Shown here: positions 25,842-36,125 of the stretch, piece by piece
Layout of the letters: each line of letters starts with the position of its first letter
Numbering within the stretch: position 1 is the first letter of the stretch
DNA from: Rhodobacterales bacterium
Lineage (GTDB): Bacteria > Pseudomonadota > Alphaproteobacteria > Rhodobacterales > Rhodobacteraceae
Direction: 5' to 3'
Assembly (NCBI GenBank): GCA_002746935.1
Contig: PDRW01000045.1
Location: 1-38,156 of the forward strand
DNA: 38,156 bases
The notes under the pieces: generated by a model
Told to the model about the DNA's origin: nothing
What the model saw: only the letters and a program-made list of their open reading frames with translations
The model's database searches: none
Program-made: the position numbers and the translations under genes

Positions 25842-28800
25842 TCAGATCCCCCGGCGCGCGCCGCGGCGATAGGATTTGAGCGTCGGTTTCTTCGCGGCAC
25901 CCTCACCGCCCTCACCGCCCTCACCGGAACCCCGGCTGTCGGCAAACCCCGCGAGTTCGGCGATCGTCGGATAGTCCAGCATATGGCGCGCCTCGACATT
26001 GAGGCCCGCGTCGATCATCCGCGCCGCAATGCGGAACAACGTGAGCGAATCCGCCCCGAGCGAAAACAGCGTCTGGTCGGTGCCGACCTCGTCGACCCCA
26101 AGCACCTCGCACCAGATGGCGGCCATCCGGCGTTCGGTCTCCGTCTCCGGCGCGGTATGCTGCACCGCCACACCGGCCGGAACCTCGGGCTCCGGCAGCG
26201 CCTTGCGGTCGAGCTTGCCATTGGCGGTCTGCGGCAGGGCATCAAGCCTCACCCAGGCCGTGGGCACCATATAGCCCGGCAGCCGCCCGGCGAGCGCGCG
26301 GCCGAGCGCCTCCGGCGCCGGCGCCTGCCCCGGTTCGGCCACCACATAGCCCACAAGCTGGTCGTCGCCGCGCGGCGACCTGCGCAGCGCCGCCGCCGCG
26401 GCGCGCACCCCGTCGAGCTCACGGATCCGCGCTTCGACCTCGCCAGGCTCGATGCGGAACCCCCTGAGCTTGATCTGCCCGTCGGTGCGGCCGAGCACCT
26501 GCAGCGTGCCATCGGCCAGCCGCCGGGCAAGGTCGCCGCTGCGGTAGAGCCGCTCCGCCTTGCCGTTCACCACCACTTCGCGGAAGGCCTGGCGCGTCAG
26601 CTCCGGCTGGCGGAAATAGCCTTTCGCGAGGCCCGCCCCGCCGATATTGAGCTCGCCCACCGCGCCCACGGGCAGAAGCTGATCCTGCGCCCCGAGCACA
26701 TGCAGCGTGGTGTTGGCCACCGGATGGCCGATGGTCACCGGCGCGCCGGGCGACACCCGCGAGATCGCCGACCAGATGGTGGTTTCGGTGGGGCCGTAGA
26801 CGTTCCACAGCGCCGCGCCCCCGGCGGTCAGACGCTCGGCCAGATCCTGCGGCAGGGGCTCGCCGCCCGCCAGCATGGTGAGCCCCGGCGCGGGCGCAAA
26901 TCCGGCCTCGGTCACCATCTGCCAGAGCGTCGGCGTGGCCTGCATATGGGTGATGTCACCCTTGCCGAGCCGCTCCACCAGCCGGAAGCCGTCAAGCACA
27001 TCCTCCGGCGCGGCAATCACCACCTTGCCGCCACGGATCAGCGGCAGGAACATCTCCAGCACGGAAATGTCGAACATCGTCGTGGTCACCGCGAGCAGCA
27101 CGTCGTCGGCCGCAAACCCCGGCTCTTCGGCCATCGAGGCCAGCAGGTTCACCACCGAGCGCTGGGAGATCTCGACCCCCTTGGGCGTGCCGGTGGAGCC
27201 GGAGGTGAAGATCACATAAGCGGTATCGTCGCCGCTGAACGCCACCGGCGCCGGCACCCCGCTGACACCAACCCCGGCGAGCGGAAGCGAGGTGAGGCCA
27301 AGCCCGGCGGCATAATCCGGCACCTCCGCCCGGTCGTGCACGATCGCCGAAACCTCTGCGGTTTCAAGGATCATGCGCAGCCGCGCGGGCGGCTGGGCGG
27401 GGTCTATGGGCACATAGGCATTGCCGCTCTTCATCACCCCGAGCAGGGCGACCACACATTCCATCGAACGCGGCAACGCCACCGCGATGCGCCCTCCCTC
27501 GCCGACGCCCGCATCCTGCAACGCCCGGGCGATGGCATCGCTCCCCGCGGCAAGGCCGCGATAGGAGATCCGCTGATCGCCGGATTCGAGCGCGATCCGG
27601 TCCGGGGTTTCGGCGGCCACATGGTCGACGAGCTGATGCACGGTTTCGAAATCCGGCAGCGGGGCTTCGGTGCGGTTGAGCTCATCGGCAAGCCAGGCCC
27701 GTTGCGCCGTACTCTGCACCGGCAGCGTGGCGACCGGTCGCGCGGTATCCGCCGCCATCTCCTCCAGCACGGTTTCCAGATGCCCGATCCAGCGCCGGAT
27801 TGTCTCCGGCTCGAACACATCGGCGTTGTAGTCGACATCGAGACGCAGACCGTCGCGGCGCTCGACGATGTTGAAGAACAGATCGAAATTCACCGCCGCC
27901 TTCGGGTTCGGCGCCGCCGTCATCCGCAGGGGCCCCATGTCGACGCTCTCGCCAAGGCGTTCGAGGTTGAACTGCACTTCGGTCAGCGGCACCCGGTCGA
28001 GCGCGCGCGCCACATCGAGCTCCCGCACCAGCGTGCCGAAGGTGTAATCCCGATGGTCGAGCGCGGCGGCGGTCCGTTCGGCGACGAACCGCAGATGCTG
28101 GGCAACCGTCGCCCCCGGCGCCACCCGGGCGCGGATCGGCAGGAAGTTGACGCAATGGCCCACGAGGTTCGGGTTGTCGAGCAGGGCCTGCCCGCCGGTC
28201 GGCACCCCGAGGACCACGTCGTCAGAACCGCTGAGCCGTCCGAGCACGATTTGCAGCGCGGCAAACAGGGTCGCGAACAGGGTACAGCCCTCCGCCGCCC
28301 CCGCCTTGCGCGCGGCCCGCATCACCTCGCCCGGGATCTGCGCGGTGACGGTGCCGCCGCGGTAGGATTTCACCGCCGGGTGCGGGTGGTCTGACGGAAG
28401 CTCCGGCACCTCCGGCACCTCGGCATATTCCTCATGCCAGAAGGCGCGCGCCTCAGGGGCCGGGCCCTTGCGCGCCTTTTCCAGCGCGTGGGCAGCGAAG
28501 GAGGGCGCGGGCACCAGCCCGGCGGGCGTGCCGCTGACCGCCTCGCGGTAGAGCGCGGCAAGCTCCTGCGTGAGCACATTGAACGACCAGCCGTCGCAGA
28601 CGATGTGATGCGCATCGAGCACCAGCACATGGTCTTCCGCCGAGCGGCGCACGAGAAAGGCGCGCAAGGGCGGGCCGGTGACGATGTCGATCTCGGTGGC
28701 GGAATCCTCGGCCAGAAGCGCGGCGAACGCCGCTTCCGGGTCATCCGCGCCGCTGAAATCATGCAGCGCGAGCGGCATCGGGAACGGGTCGAGAATGTCG

Positions 28801-31800
28801 AAGCTTTCGCCGTTGCGCGCAAAGACACAGCGCAGCCCGTCGTGGCGGGCAATGAGCCGGTCGAACGCCGCCTGAAGCGCGGGGACATCGAGCGGACCGT
28901 CGAGCGTGAAGGAGATGCTTTCGTTGAAGCTGCACGAGGCGGTGGCCCCCTGCTGGCTGGTCATCCAGATTTCGCGCTGCGCTTCGGTGAGCGGGATGGC
29001 TTTGGTGGGCGCGGGGTCGGCCCCGGGCGCGCCGTCAGGCTCCCCCGGCCCGTCACCCGGCCCGTCACCGGTCAGAATGCCGACGCCGCGCAGCGCATCG
29101 ACCGATTGTTCAAACACCTCGACCACCCGGTCATAGTCCGCCGGCTCATGCGCCGTGGTGAACAGGCAGGGGTAGCCGATCTGCACATGCACCCCCGCCA
29201 ACCGCATCAGCGGGAACAGCAATGCGGCGTTGGGGTCGTGGTCGGTCACCTGCGGCACGAACCAGCTCGAATAGCTCTCCACCAGCGGTGGCAGCCCGCG
29301 CGCGGCGAGGGCGGCGTTCATCCGCGTCACCGCCGCTTCGGTGCGCCGCGCGGTCTCGTCCCAGAGCTCGGGGCCATGGGCCTCCAGATGGTCGAGCGTG
29401 GCATCCACCGCCGCCAGCACCAGCGGGTGACGCACGAAGGTGCCGGCAAAGAAGGTCGGCATCGCTTCGGGCACCGACCCGTCGCCGAAGGACCACATGC
29501 CGCCGTCGAGCGCATCCATGAACCGCGCCGAACCCGCCAGCATGCCGATCGGCATGCCGCCGCCCATCACCTTGCCATAGGTGGCCATGTCGCCCTGGAT
29601 GTCCCAGACGCCCTGCATCCCCCTCGGGCCGACCCGGAAACCGGTCACCACCTCGTCCATGATCAGCGCCGCACCCGCCTCGCGGGTGATCTCGCGGATA
29701 TCCGCCACAAAGCCCTGCGGGCGCAGGTTGGGGTGACGGCTCTGCACCGGTTCGACCACCACACCGGCGAGGGTGTCGATATGGGCGCGGATCCAGTCGA
29801 GGCTTTCCGGCGCGCCATAGGGCAGCACCACCATGTTGGACAGGCTCGACCGCGGAATGCCCGGCGCGATCGGCAGCGCCGCCGGGTCGCCGCGTCTTTT
29901 GCCTTTCACCAGCACCTCGTCGAACTGGCCGTGGTAATCGTTGGAGAACACCACGATCCGCTCACGTCCGGTCACCGTGCGGGCCACCCGCATCGCCGCC
30001 ATCACCGCTTCGGAGCCGGTGTTGCAGAAGGTCGCGCGTTCATGGCCGACCATGCGCGCGAAACGCGCCGCCACCGGCCCGGCAAGGTCGCTCTGCGGTC
30101 CGATGGCGAAGCCGCGTGCCATCTGGGCGGTGACCGCCTCGATCACGAAATCCGGCGAATGGCCGAAGGCCGTCTGGCCGAAGCCGTTGACGAGGTCGAT
30201 ATATTCGTTGCCGTCGATGTCCCATATCCGCGCGCCCCTGGAGCGGTCGCAGACCACCGGATAGACCAGTTCCTTCCACTCGGCGCGGAATCCGGCGGCG
30301 CTGCGCGGATCGGCCAGCACCGCGCGGTGGGTCTGGACATAGGCCTTGGACTTCGGGCTGCGGGCGCTGTAGCGCGCGGCGAGGTCCTGGGCGAAGGCCA
30401 GTTGCGCAGGCGTCAGCGCGCCGCCCGCGGCATTGGTGGCCCGGCCGATGGAGAAGCCGCGTTTCGCCTCCGGTTCAGCGGCGGCCTCCGGCTCGGCCGC
30501 GGGGGCCGCCCTGGCGGCGGGCGTCTGCGGTGCGGGGCTGGGTGCGTCTGACACGGGGGTTTGCGCGGGCAATGCGGTACCACCCGAAAGCGCGGCAAGC
30601 TGTTTCGCAAACACCTGCTGCATGGTCGCAAGCTGCGCCTGCACCAGCGCCGCCACCGGGGTGTCGGCGGGCAGATCCCCGGCGCCGGGGATCATCGGCG
30701 CCCCGGTGATGGACGCGGGCGCGGCGGGCGCGGTCATCTGAACCGGTTCCGGCAACACGGGCGCCGCCGGCGCGGGGGCGGCGGCTTCGGGGGGAAGGGT
30801 CTCGTCGAGCCAGGCGGCCACCGCCTCGGCCGTCGGATAATGCGCGAGCAACTCACGGAAGGTCAGTTCGACGCCGTAATCCGCCGCCAGCCGCTGGCTG
30901 ACCTGGCCGAGAAACAGCGAGTCGAACCCAAGCTCGAGGAACGTGGCCCCGGCGTCCTCGGGGGTGAGATCCTCGCCGGAAATCTCGCCCAGAATGGCGA
31001 GCAATTCACCGACCAGACGCGGCTTGCGGTCGGCCGGTTCGGGGGTGGGCGCAGTGGGCGCATCGTTCATCGGGGGCACCTCCTGAGGGGTGGGGGGCGT
31101 GGTCTGAACAGCAGGCGCGGGCACCAAAGCGGCCGCACTCGCCCCGGCACAGGCGGCCGGCGCGCCTCCCGCGCCCGGCGCAGGCGCCTCGACCCAATGC
31201 CGCTTGCGCTGGAACGGATAGCCCGGCAGCGCGACCCGCCGGCTGCCGCGCGGCCCGAGCTTCGCCCAGTCCACCTCGGCCCCGGCGCTCCAGAGCTGTC
31301 CGAAGGCCTGCGCCATCGCCACCGCGTCGGGCTCCGCCCGGGTGTGATCGGGCAGCGACTGGACAATCGCCACCTCCGCCTCGCGCGGCAGGCTCTGCCG
31401 GGCGAAAGCCGACAGCGTGTTGCCCGGCCCCGCTTCGAGCAGGATCGCCGGGCCCGCGCCCGCGAGCGCTTCGACACCGGCCTGGAAATTCACCGTCGCC
31501 CGCGCCTGACCGGCCCAATAGGCCGGGTTGGTGGTCTCGGCACCGGTGACCCAGGTGCCGGTCACACAGCTCACATAGGGAATTCCCGGCGGCGCCAGCC
31601 GGACGCCGGAAATCGCTTTGCCCAGCGCATCGCAGACCGGATCCATCATCGCCGAGTGGAAGGCATGCGAGGTATGCAGCCGGCTACAGGCGATGCCCGC
31701 CGCCTTGAGCCGCGCTTCCATCCGGTCGATCGCCTCGAAACCGCCTGCGAGCACGTTGAGCCGCGGTGCGTTGCGGGCGGCGATGTCGACCGTGCCGTCG

Positions 31801-34800
31801 AGATGCGGCGCCAGATCCTCCATCGGCACCCGCACCGAGAGCATCGCCCCCCCGGGTTGGGCCTGCATCAACTCGCCCCGCCGCGCGATGATCCCGAGAC
31901 CGGTCTCGAAATCCATCACCCCGGCGAGCACCGCGGCGGTGAACTCACCCACCGAATGGCCGATCATCGCCGCCGGTCTCACCCCGCGCGTCACCCAGAG
32001 CCGGGCGCAGGCGAACTGGGTCAGGAACAGCGCGGGCTGGGTCAGCCGGGTTTCGCGCAGGGCGCGCGCCATGTCTGCGTCGGACGGATCGCCGAAACAG
32101 AGCATGGTCTTGACATCGAGCCCGAGGATCGGCCGCAGGATCTCGGCGCCGGCGTCGATCCAGCGGGCAAATTCCGGCTCGCTGGCGTAAAGCCCGCTGC
32201 CCATGCCGGGGTATTGCGACCCCTGCCCCGGAAACATGAACGACACCGGCGGGTTGCCCTCCATCGCCGGCCGGCGCAGGGCGGGGGCGCTGCGGAGCGC
32301 GGCCGCGAGGCTTGCGGGATCCGTCCCCGCCACCGCGCTCCGGCAGGCAAAACCGGGCCGCCCCTCTTGCAGCGTGAAAGCCGCATCGGCCGGATGCGGC
32401 GCATCGCCCGCTTCCAGCGCGTCGGCCAGGCGTTCCTGCATCGCCTTCAGCGCCTCCGGCGTCTTCGCCGACAGCGGCAGCACCTGCACCCCCCCGGGCG
32501 CGGCCTTCCGGGCCACAGCCGGGGCTTCTTCCAACACCAGATGCACATTGGTGCCCCCGACGCCGAAGGCGCTCACCCCGGCGCGCAGCGGCAACGGCCC
32601 GTCCCAGGGTTCGAGCCCCGCAGGCACCCGGAACGGGGTGCCGGTGAAGTCGATATTGGGGTTCAGCGCCTTGAAACTGGCAACCGGCGGCAGCTTGCGG
32701 TGGGCGAGCATCAGCACCGTCTTGATGGTGCTGACCACCCCGGAGGCGGCATCGAGATGGCCGATATTGCCCTTCACCGACCCGAGCGCGCAGCTTTCCG
32801 CGGGCAGACCCTCGCCGAAGGCGCGCGTCAGACCGCTGATCTCGATCGGGTCGCCGAGCGGCGTCGCGGTGCCGTGGCATTCGACATAGGAGATCGTCTC
32901 CGCCCCGACACCCGCATCCGCCTGCGCCAACCGGATCGCCGCCGTCTGGCCGGAGACCGATGGCGCGGTGAAAGAGATCTTGCCGGCGCCGTCATTGTTG
33001 ACCCCGGCGCCGCGGATGATCGCATGGATCTGGTCGCCGTCGGCCAGCGCGTCTTCGAGCCGGCGCAGCACCACCACGCCCGCGCCATGGGAAAACACCG
33101 TGCCGGAGGCGGCGGCATCGAAGGGGCGGCAGGTGCCGTCGTCGGAGGAAAGCCCCCCCTCCTGCGCCAGATAGCCACGCCGCTCGGGGAAGGTGATCGA
33201 CACCCCGCCCGCAAGCGCCATGTCGCATGTGCCCGCGCGCAGGTTCAGCACCGCCTGCGCAATCGCGGTGAGCGAGGTGGAACAGGCTGTCTGCACGGTC
33301 ATCGCCGGGCCATGCAGGTTGAGCTTGTAGGCCACCCGCGTGGCCAGACAATCGCCGAGATTGCCGGTCATCTCGGCGAATTTGCCGGTCTGGTAATTCG
33401 AGGTGAATGCCTCCGCCTCGCCGCGGTCGCCCAGCAGGTTGTGGATGAGATAGGTATTCATCGACGACCCGGCGAAGACCCCGACCGGCATGTCCATATG
33501 CAACGGGTCGTGCCCGGCCCGCTCCAGCGCGTGGTAGCAGATTTCGAGGAAGACGCGGGCCTGCGGGTCGGTCACCGCCGCTTCGCGCGGGTACATGCCG
33601 AAGAATTTCGCGTCAAACAGCGCCGCGTCGTCCAGCCCGGGGCGGACCGGCACATAGGCCGCGGAGGCGCGTTGTTCTGCCGTGAAGCTGTCTTCCAGTT
33701 CGTCGGCGCCAAAGGGGCGGATGAGGTTGGTGCCGCGCGCGACATGCTCCCAGAATTCGGCCAGCGATCCGGTGCCGGGAAGGCGCGCGGCCATGCCGAC
33801 GATGGCAATCGCCCCTTGCGGAAGCGCCGCCGGGGGCGCGGGTTCCGGCGCGGGCGCGGGTTTCGCCGGCGGCGCGGGTTCCGGCGCGGGCTCAGACGCG
33901 GCCACCGCTGGCGCCTCCGGTTCCGGCAGCCCCTGCCCGGCGATCCCGGCGATCCCGGCGAGCTTTTCGGCAAGCGGTGCAAGGCGGGGCACATCAAACA
34001 TCACTGTAATGTCGAAATGCACACCGAGCGCCTTTTCCAGCGTCGCATGGACATTGATCAGCTGAAGCGAGCTGCCCCCCGCCTCGAAGAAGGTCATGTC
34101 ACCCGGGACCGGCCCGCAGCCCAGCACCTCGTCCCAGATCCGCGCGATGATCCGCTCGACCTCTCTGGCGGTGACCTTCCCCGCCGCCGGTTCTGCCCGG
34201 GCCCCGTCGGGGGCCGCCGCTTTCTCTTCAAGACTTCGTACCAGCGCCTTGCGGTCAACCTTGCTGTTCACCGTCAGCGGGAAATCCGCAACCACACGGT
34301 TGACCCGGGGGTGCATCCCCTCGGGCAGGCGCGCGCCCAGCGCGTCCATCACCGCGCGAATGAAGCCGGGAGGGTCGGCGGGCATGGCGCCGGCGGGTTT
34401 CAGGAAAGCGGCAATGCGTTTCTCGCCGGTGCCGGCCGTGGTCAGCACCACGGCGGCATCGACCAGCATCGGCAGCGCGCGCAGGTTGTGTTCGATCTCG
34501 TCGAGCTCGATCCGCCGCCCGCCGAGCTTGACCTGACGGTCGGTGCGGCCATGAAACTCGTAGAGCCCGTCGGCGCGCCGCCGCGACAGATCGCCGGTCA
34601 GATAGACCAGCCCCTCACGCCCGGGCCTGGGGTCTTCGATGAACGCCTCCGCGGTGCGCTCCGGCTGGTTGAGATAGCCCAGCGCCACGCCGTCGCCGGC
34701 AGCCACCAGCTGGCCGATTTCTCCGTCCGGCAGAACTTCGTGGTCCTTGCCGACCACGAAACACTCGCAGAACCCCGTCGCGCTCCCGATCGGGAGCGCG

Positions 34801-35786
34801 CTGCCGTCGAGATCGTCCGGAGAGACCAGATGCTTGGTGGTAAAGACCGAATTCTCCGTCGGCCCGTAACCGTTGATGATCTCGATCTGCGGATCGGCCT
34901 GCATCAGCCGCCGCGCCAGCGGCGCCGACATCACATCGCCCCCCGCGCCAAACTGCCGCAGCCCCACCAGGGCATCGCGCTGATGTTCGATCATCAGATG
35001 CGCAAGCCCGGTGTAGAACCAGGCGACCGTGACCTGTTCCTCCCGGATGGTGCGCGCCAGCGCCTCCAGCGAGGGCTTGGGCTGGCACACCACGGCCACT
35101 GCGGCACCATTGAGCAGCGGGGCCCAGATCTCCCAGGTCGAAAGATCGCAGGCAATGGTGGAATTGGCGAGCGAAACATCGCCGGGAAGGATCTGCCCGA
35201 CCGGCTGGGCATATGCCAGCCGCGCGAGCGAGCGGTGCGGCAGCACCACGCCCTTGGGGATTCCGGTCGAACCGGAGGTGTAAAGGATGCAACAGGGGTC
35301 TTCGCCGCTACGCACCGGGAAACCGGCTTGCACCGCCGGTTCGTCGCGCAGCAAATCCGCCACGGCGGCACGGGGCACCGCGCCGGCGAGGCTTTCGGCC
35401 AGCGGGCCATAGGGCGCATCCCACAGGATCACCGAGGGGCGCGCATCCCCGATCACATAGCCCAGATGCTGTGAATCATAAGCCGGATCGAGCGGCACGA
35501 AGGCGCAGCCCGCGCGCATGATCCCCGCCATCGCCACAATCGCGTCCGGCGTCCGGTTGCTGATCAGCGCGATGTTGTCGCCAGGTTTCGCGCCGCTGGC
35601 GATCAGGTGCCGCGCAACCCTGTCAGCCGCCCGGGCCATTTCGGCATAGCTGTAGCGCCTGCCGCCGCCGGTGAGGGCGAGGTTGTCCGGGGCGATCTCC
35701 TTCGCACGCAGGAAACAGCTGTAAAGATCGAGCCCGCGATCATATCCGAGCTTGGCAAAACGGTCAGCCATGGCGTTGTGCGGCAT
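25842..35786 (-). CDS. hybrid NRPS-PKS megasynthase (3314 aa): A-PCP-KS-AT-ACP-aminotransferase(class III)-C-A-PCP
   Basis: Start ATG 35786 has a GAGGGG RBS. A1 carries core motifs (TSGSTGIPKGV, NGYGPTE, GRTDRQVKLGGRRIELDEIE) and PCP1 carries GGSSL. KS has TACSTS, HGTAT and GNIGH. AT has GHSVGE plus HAFHS (malonyl-type). The ACP reads LGFDSL. An embedded GSA-aminotransferase-like domain contains …DEVVTGFRVG…. The C domain has canonical AHHIVCDGWS. A2 has TSGSTGTPKGV and …FDISVLEMF…. PCP2 reads LGADSL. There is no terminal TE. This is the same domain order as MycA/ItuA beta-amino-acyl lipopeptide starter synthetases. Confidence 0.9.
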   Translation of the reverse strand: MPHNAMADRFAKLGYDRGLDLYSCFLRAKEIAPDNLALTGGGRRYSYAEMARAADRVARHLIASGAKPGDNIALISNRTPDAIVAMAGIMRAGCAFVPLDPAYDSQHLGYVIGDARPSVILWDAPYGPLAESLAGAVPRAAVADLLRDEPAVQAGFPVRSGEDPCCILYTSGSTGIPKGVVLPHRSLARLAYAQPVGQILPGDVSLANSTIACDLSTWEIWAPLLNGAAVAVVCQPKPSLEALARTIREEQVTVAWFYTGLAHLMIEHQRDALVGLRQFGAGGDVMSAPLARRLMQADPQIEIINGYGPTENSVFTTKHLVSPDDLDGSALPIGSATGFCECFVVGKDHEVLPDGEIGQLVAAGDGVALGYLNQPERTAEAFIEDPRPGREGLVYLTGDLSRRRADGLYEFHGRTDRQVKLGGRRIELDEIEHNLRALPMLVDAAVVLTTAGTGEKRIAAFLKPAGAMPADPPGFIRAVMDALGARLPEGMHPRVNRVVADFPLTVNSKVDRKALVRSLEEKAAAPDGARAEPAAGKVTAREVERIIARIWDEVLGCGPVPGDMTFFEAGGSSLQLINVHATLEKALGVHFDITVMFDVPRLAPLAEKLAGIAGIAGQGLPEPEAPAVAASEPAPEPAPPAKPAPAPEPAPPAALPQGAIAIVGMAARLPGTGSLAEFWEHVARGTNLIRPFGADELEDSFTAEQRASAAYVPVRPGLDDAALFDAKFFGMYPREAAVTDPQARVFLEICYHALERAGHDPLHMDMPVGVFAGSSMNTYLIHNLLGDRGEAEAFTSNYQTGKFAEMTGNLGDCLATRVAYKLNLHGPAMTVQTACSTSLTAIAQAVLNLRAGTCDMALAGGVSITFPERRGYLAQEGGLSSDDGTCRPFDAAASGTVFSHGAGVVVLRRLEDALADGDQIHAIIRGAGVNNDGAGKISFTAPSVSGQTAAIRLAQADAGVGAETISYVECHGTATPLGDPIEISGLTRAFGEGLPAESCALGSVKGNIGHLDAASGVVSTIKTVLMLAHRKLPPVASFKALNPNIDFTGTPFRVPAGLEPWDGPLPLRAGVSAFGVGGTNVHLVLEEAPAVARKAAPGGVQVLPLSAKTPEALKAMQERLADALEAGDAPHPADAAFTLQEGRPGFACRSAVAGTDPASLAAALRSAPALRRPAMEGNPPVSFMFPGQGSQYPGMGSGLYASEPEFARWIDAGAEILRPILGLDVKTMLCFGDPSDADMARALRETRLTQPALFLTQFACARLWVTRGVRPAAMIGHSVGEFTAAVLAGVMDFETGLGIIARRGELMQAQPGGAMLSVRVPMEDLAPHLDGTVDIAARNAPRLNVLAGGFEAIDRMEARLKAAGIACSRLHTSHAFHSAMMDPVCDALGKAISGVRLAPPGIPYVSCVTGTWVTGAETTNPAYWAGQARATVNFQAGVEALAGAGPAILLEAGPGNTLSAFARQSLPREAEVAIVQSLPDHTRAEPDAVAMAQAFGQLWSAGAEVDWAKLGPRGSRRVALPGYPFQRKRHWVEAPAPGAGGAPAACAGASAAALVPAPAVQTTPPTPQEVPPMNDAPTAPTPEPADRKPRLVGELLAILGEISGEDLTPEDAGATFLELGFDSLFLGQVSQRLAADYGVELTFRELLAHYPTAEAVAAWLDETLPPEAAAPAPAAPVLPEPVQMTAPAAPASITGAPMIPGAGDLPADTPVAALVQAQLATMQQVFAKQLAALSGGTALPAQTPVSDAPSPAPQTPAARAAPAAEPEAAAEPEAKRGFSIGRATNAAGGALTPAQLAFAQDLAARYSARSPKSKAYVQTHRAVLADPRSAAGFRAEWKELVYPVVCDRSRGARIWDIDGNEYIDLVNGFGQTAFGHSPDFVIEAVTAQMARGFAIGPQSDLAGPVAARFARMVGHERATFCNTGSEAVMAAMRVARTVTGRERIVVFSNDYHGQFDEVLVKGKRRGDPAALPIAPGIPRSSLSNMVVLPYGAPESLDWIRAHIDTLAGVVVEPVQSRHPNLRPQGFVADIREITREAGAALIMDEVVTGFRVGPRGMQGVWDIQGDMATYGKVMGGGMPIGMLAGSARFMDALDGGMWSFGDGSVPEAMPTFFAGTFVRHPLVLAAVDATLDHLEAHGPELWDETARRTEAAVTRMNAALAARGLPPLVESYSSWFVPQVTDHDPNAALLFPLMRLAGVHVQIGYPCLFTTAHEPADYDRVVEVFEQSVDALRGVGILTGDGPGDGPGEPDGAPGADPAPTKAIPLTEAQREIWMTSQQGATASCSFNESISFTLDGPLDVPALQAAFDRLIARHDGLRCVFARNGESFDILDPFPMPLALHDFSGADDPEAAFAALLAEDSATEIDIVTGPPLRAFLVRRSAEDHVLVLDAHHIVCDGWSFNVLTQELAALYREAVSGTPAGLVPAPSFAAHALEKARKGPAPEARAFWHEEYAEVPEVPELPSDHPHPAVKSYRGGTVTAQIPGEVMRAARKAGAAEGCTLFATLFAALQIVLGRLSGSDDVVLGVPTGGQALLDNPNLVGHCVNFLPIRARVAPGATVAQHLRFVAERTAAALDHRDYTFGTLVRELDVARALDRVPLTEVQFNLERLGESVDMGPLRMTAAPNPKAAVNFDLFFNIVERRDGLRLDVDYNADVFEPETIRRWIGHLETVLEEMAADTARPVATLPVQSTAQRAWLADELNRTEAPLPDFETVHQLVDHVAAETPDRIALESGDQRISYRGLAAGSDAIARALQDAGVGEGGRIAVALPRSMECVVALLGVMKSGNAYVPIDPAQPPARLRMILETAEVSAIVHDRAEVPDYAAGLGLTSLPLAGVGVSGVPAPVAFSGDDTAYVIFTSGSTGTPKGVEISQRSVVNLLASMAEEPGFAADDVLLAVTTTMFDISVLEMFLPLIRGGKVVIAAPEDVLDGFRLVERLGKGDITHMQATPTLWQMVTEAGFAPAPGLTMLAGGEPLPQDLAERLTAGGAALWNVYGPTETTIWSAISRVSPGAPVTIGHPVANTTLHVLGAQDQLLPVGAVGELNIGGAGLAKGYFRQPELTRQAFREVVVNGKAERLYRSGDLARRLADGTLQVLGRTDGQIKLRGFRIEPGEVEARIRELDGVRAAAAALRRSPRGDDQLVGYVVAEPGQAPAPEALGRALAGRLPGYMVPTAWVRLDALPQTANGKLDRKALPEPEVPAGVAVQHTAPETETERRMAAIWCEVLGVDEVGTDQTLFSLGADSLTLFRIAARMIDAGLNVEARHMLDYPTIAELAGFADSRGSGEGGEGGEGAAKKPTLKSYRRGARRGI

Positions 35787-36125
35787 AGTGCACCCCTCTC
35801 AATCGCGGTGGCCCTCTGCCGCCCGCGATCATGAAAATCCTTGCAAGCCGGAGCCCTGCCGGGCTGCCATGCCCGCTGCCTGCAACTCTCCGGGCGCTTG
35901 CGCTTCTCTGCCCTTGAACCCGAACTCTATGGCAAAGGTTGGAAAATTGTGAGTCAACCCCGACGAAATGCTGAAAGGCGCAGCGCTGGCCCGGCGCCCG
36001 CGGCGGTGGTAGCCTTCCGGCCGGGACAGAGGAGAGGCAAAACATGTTCGAGACCGCAGCCGCGCACCCCGCCATGCGCACCCTGCCCCGGTGCCGTCCC
36101 GGCCTCTTCCCCGCAGGAGGGACGG

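Noticed and set aside
25983-35474. Plus-strand ORFs 25983..28394, 28434..30551 and 30561..35474
   Set aside because: Antisense to the megasynthase, whose minus-strand translation carries unambiguous NRPS/PKS core motifs.
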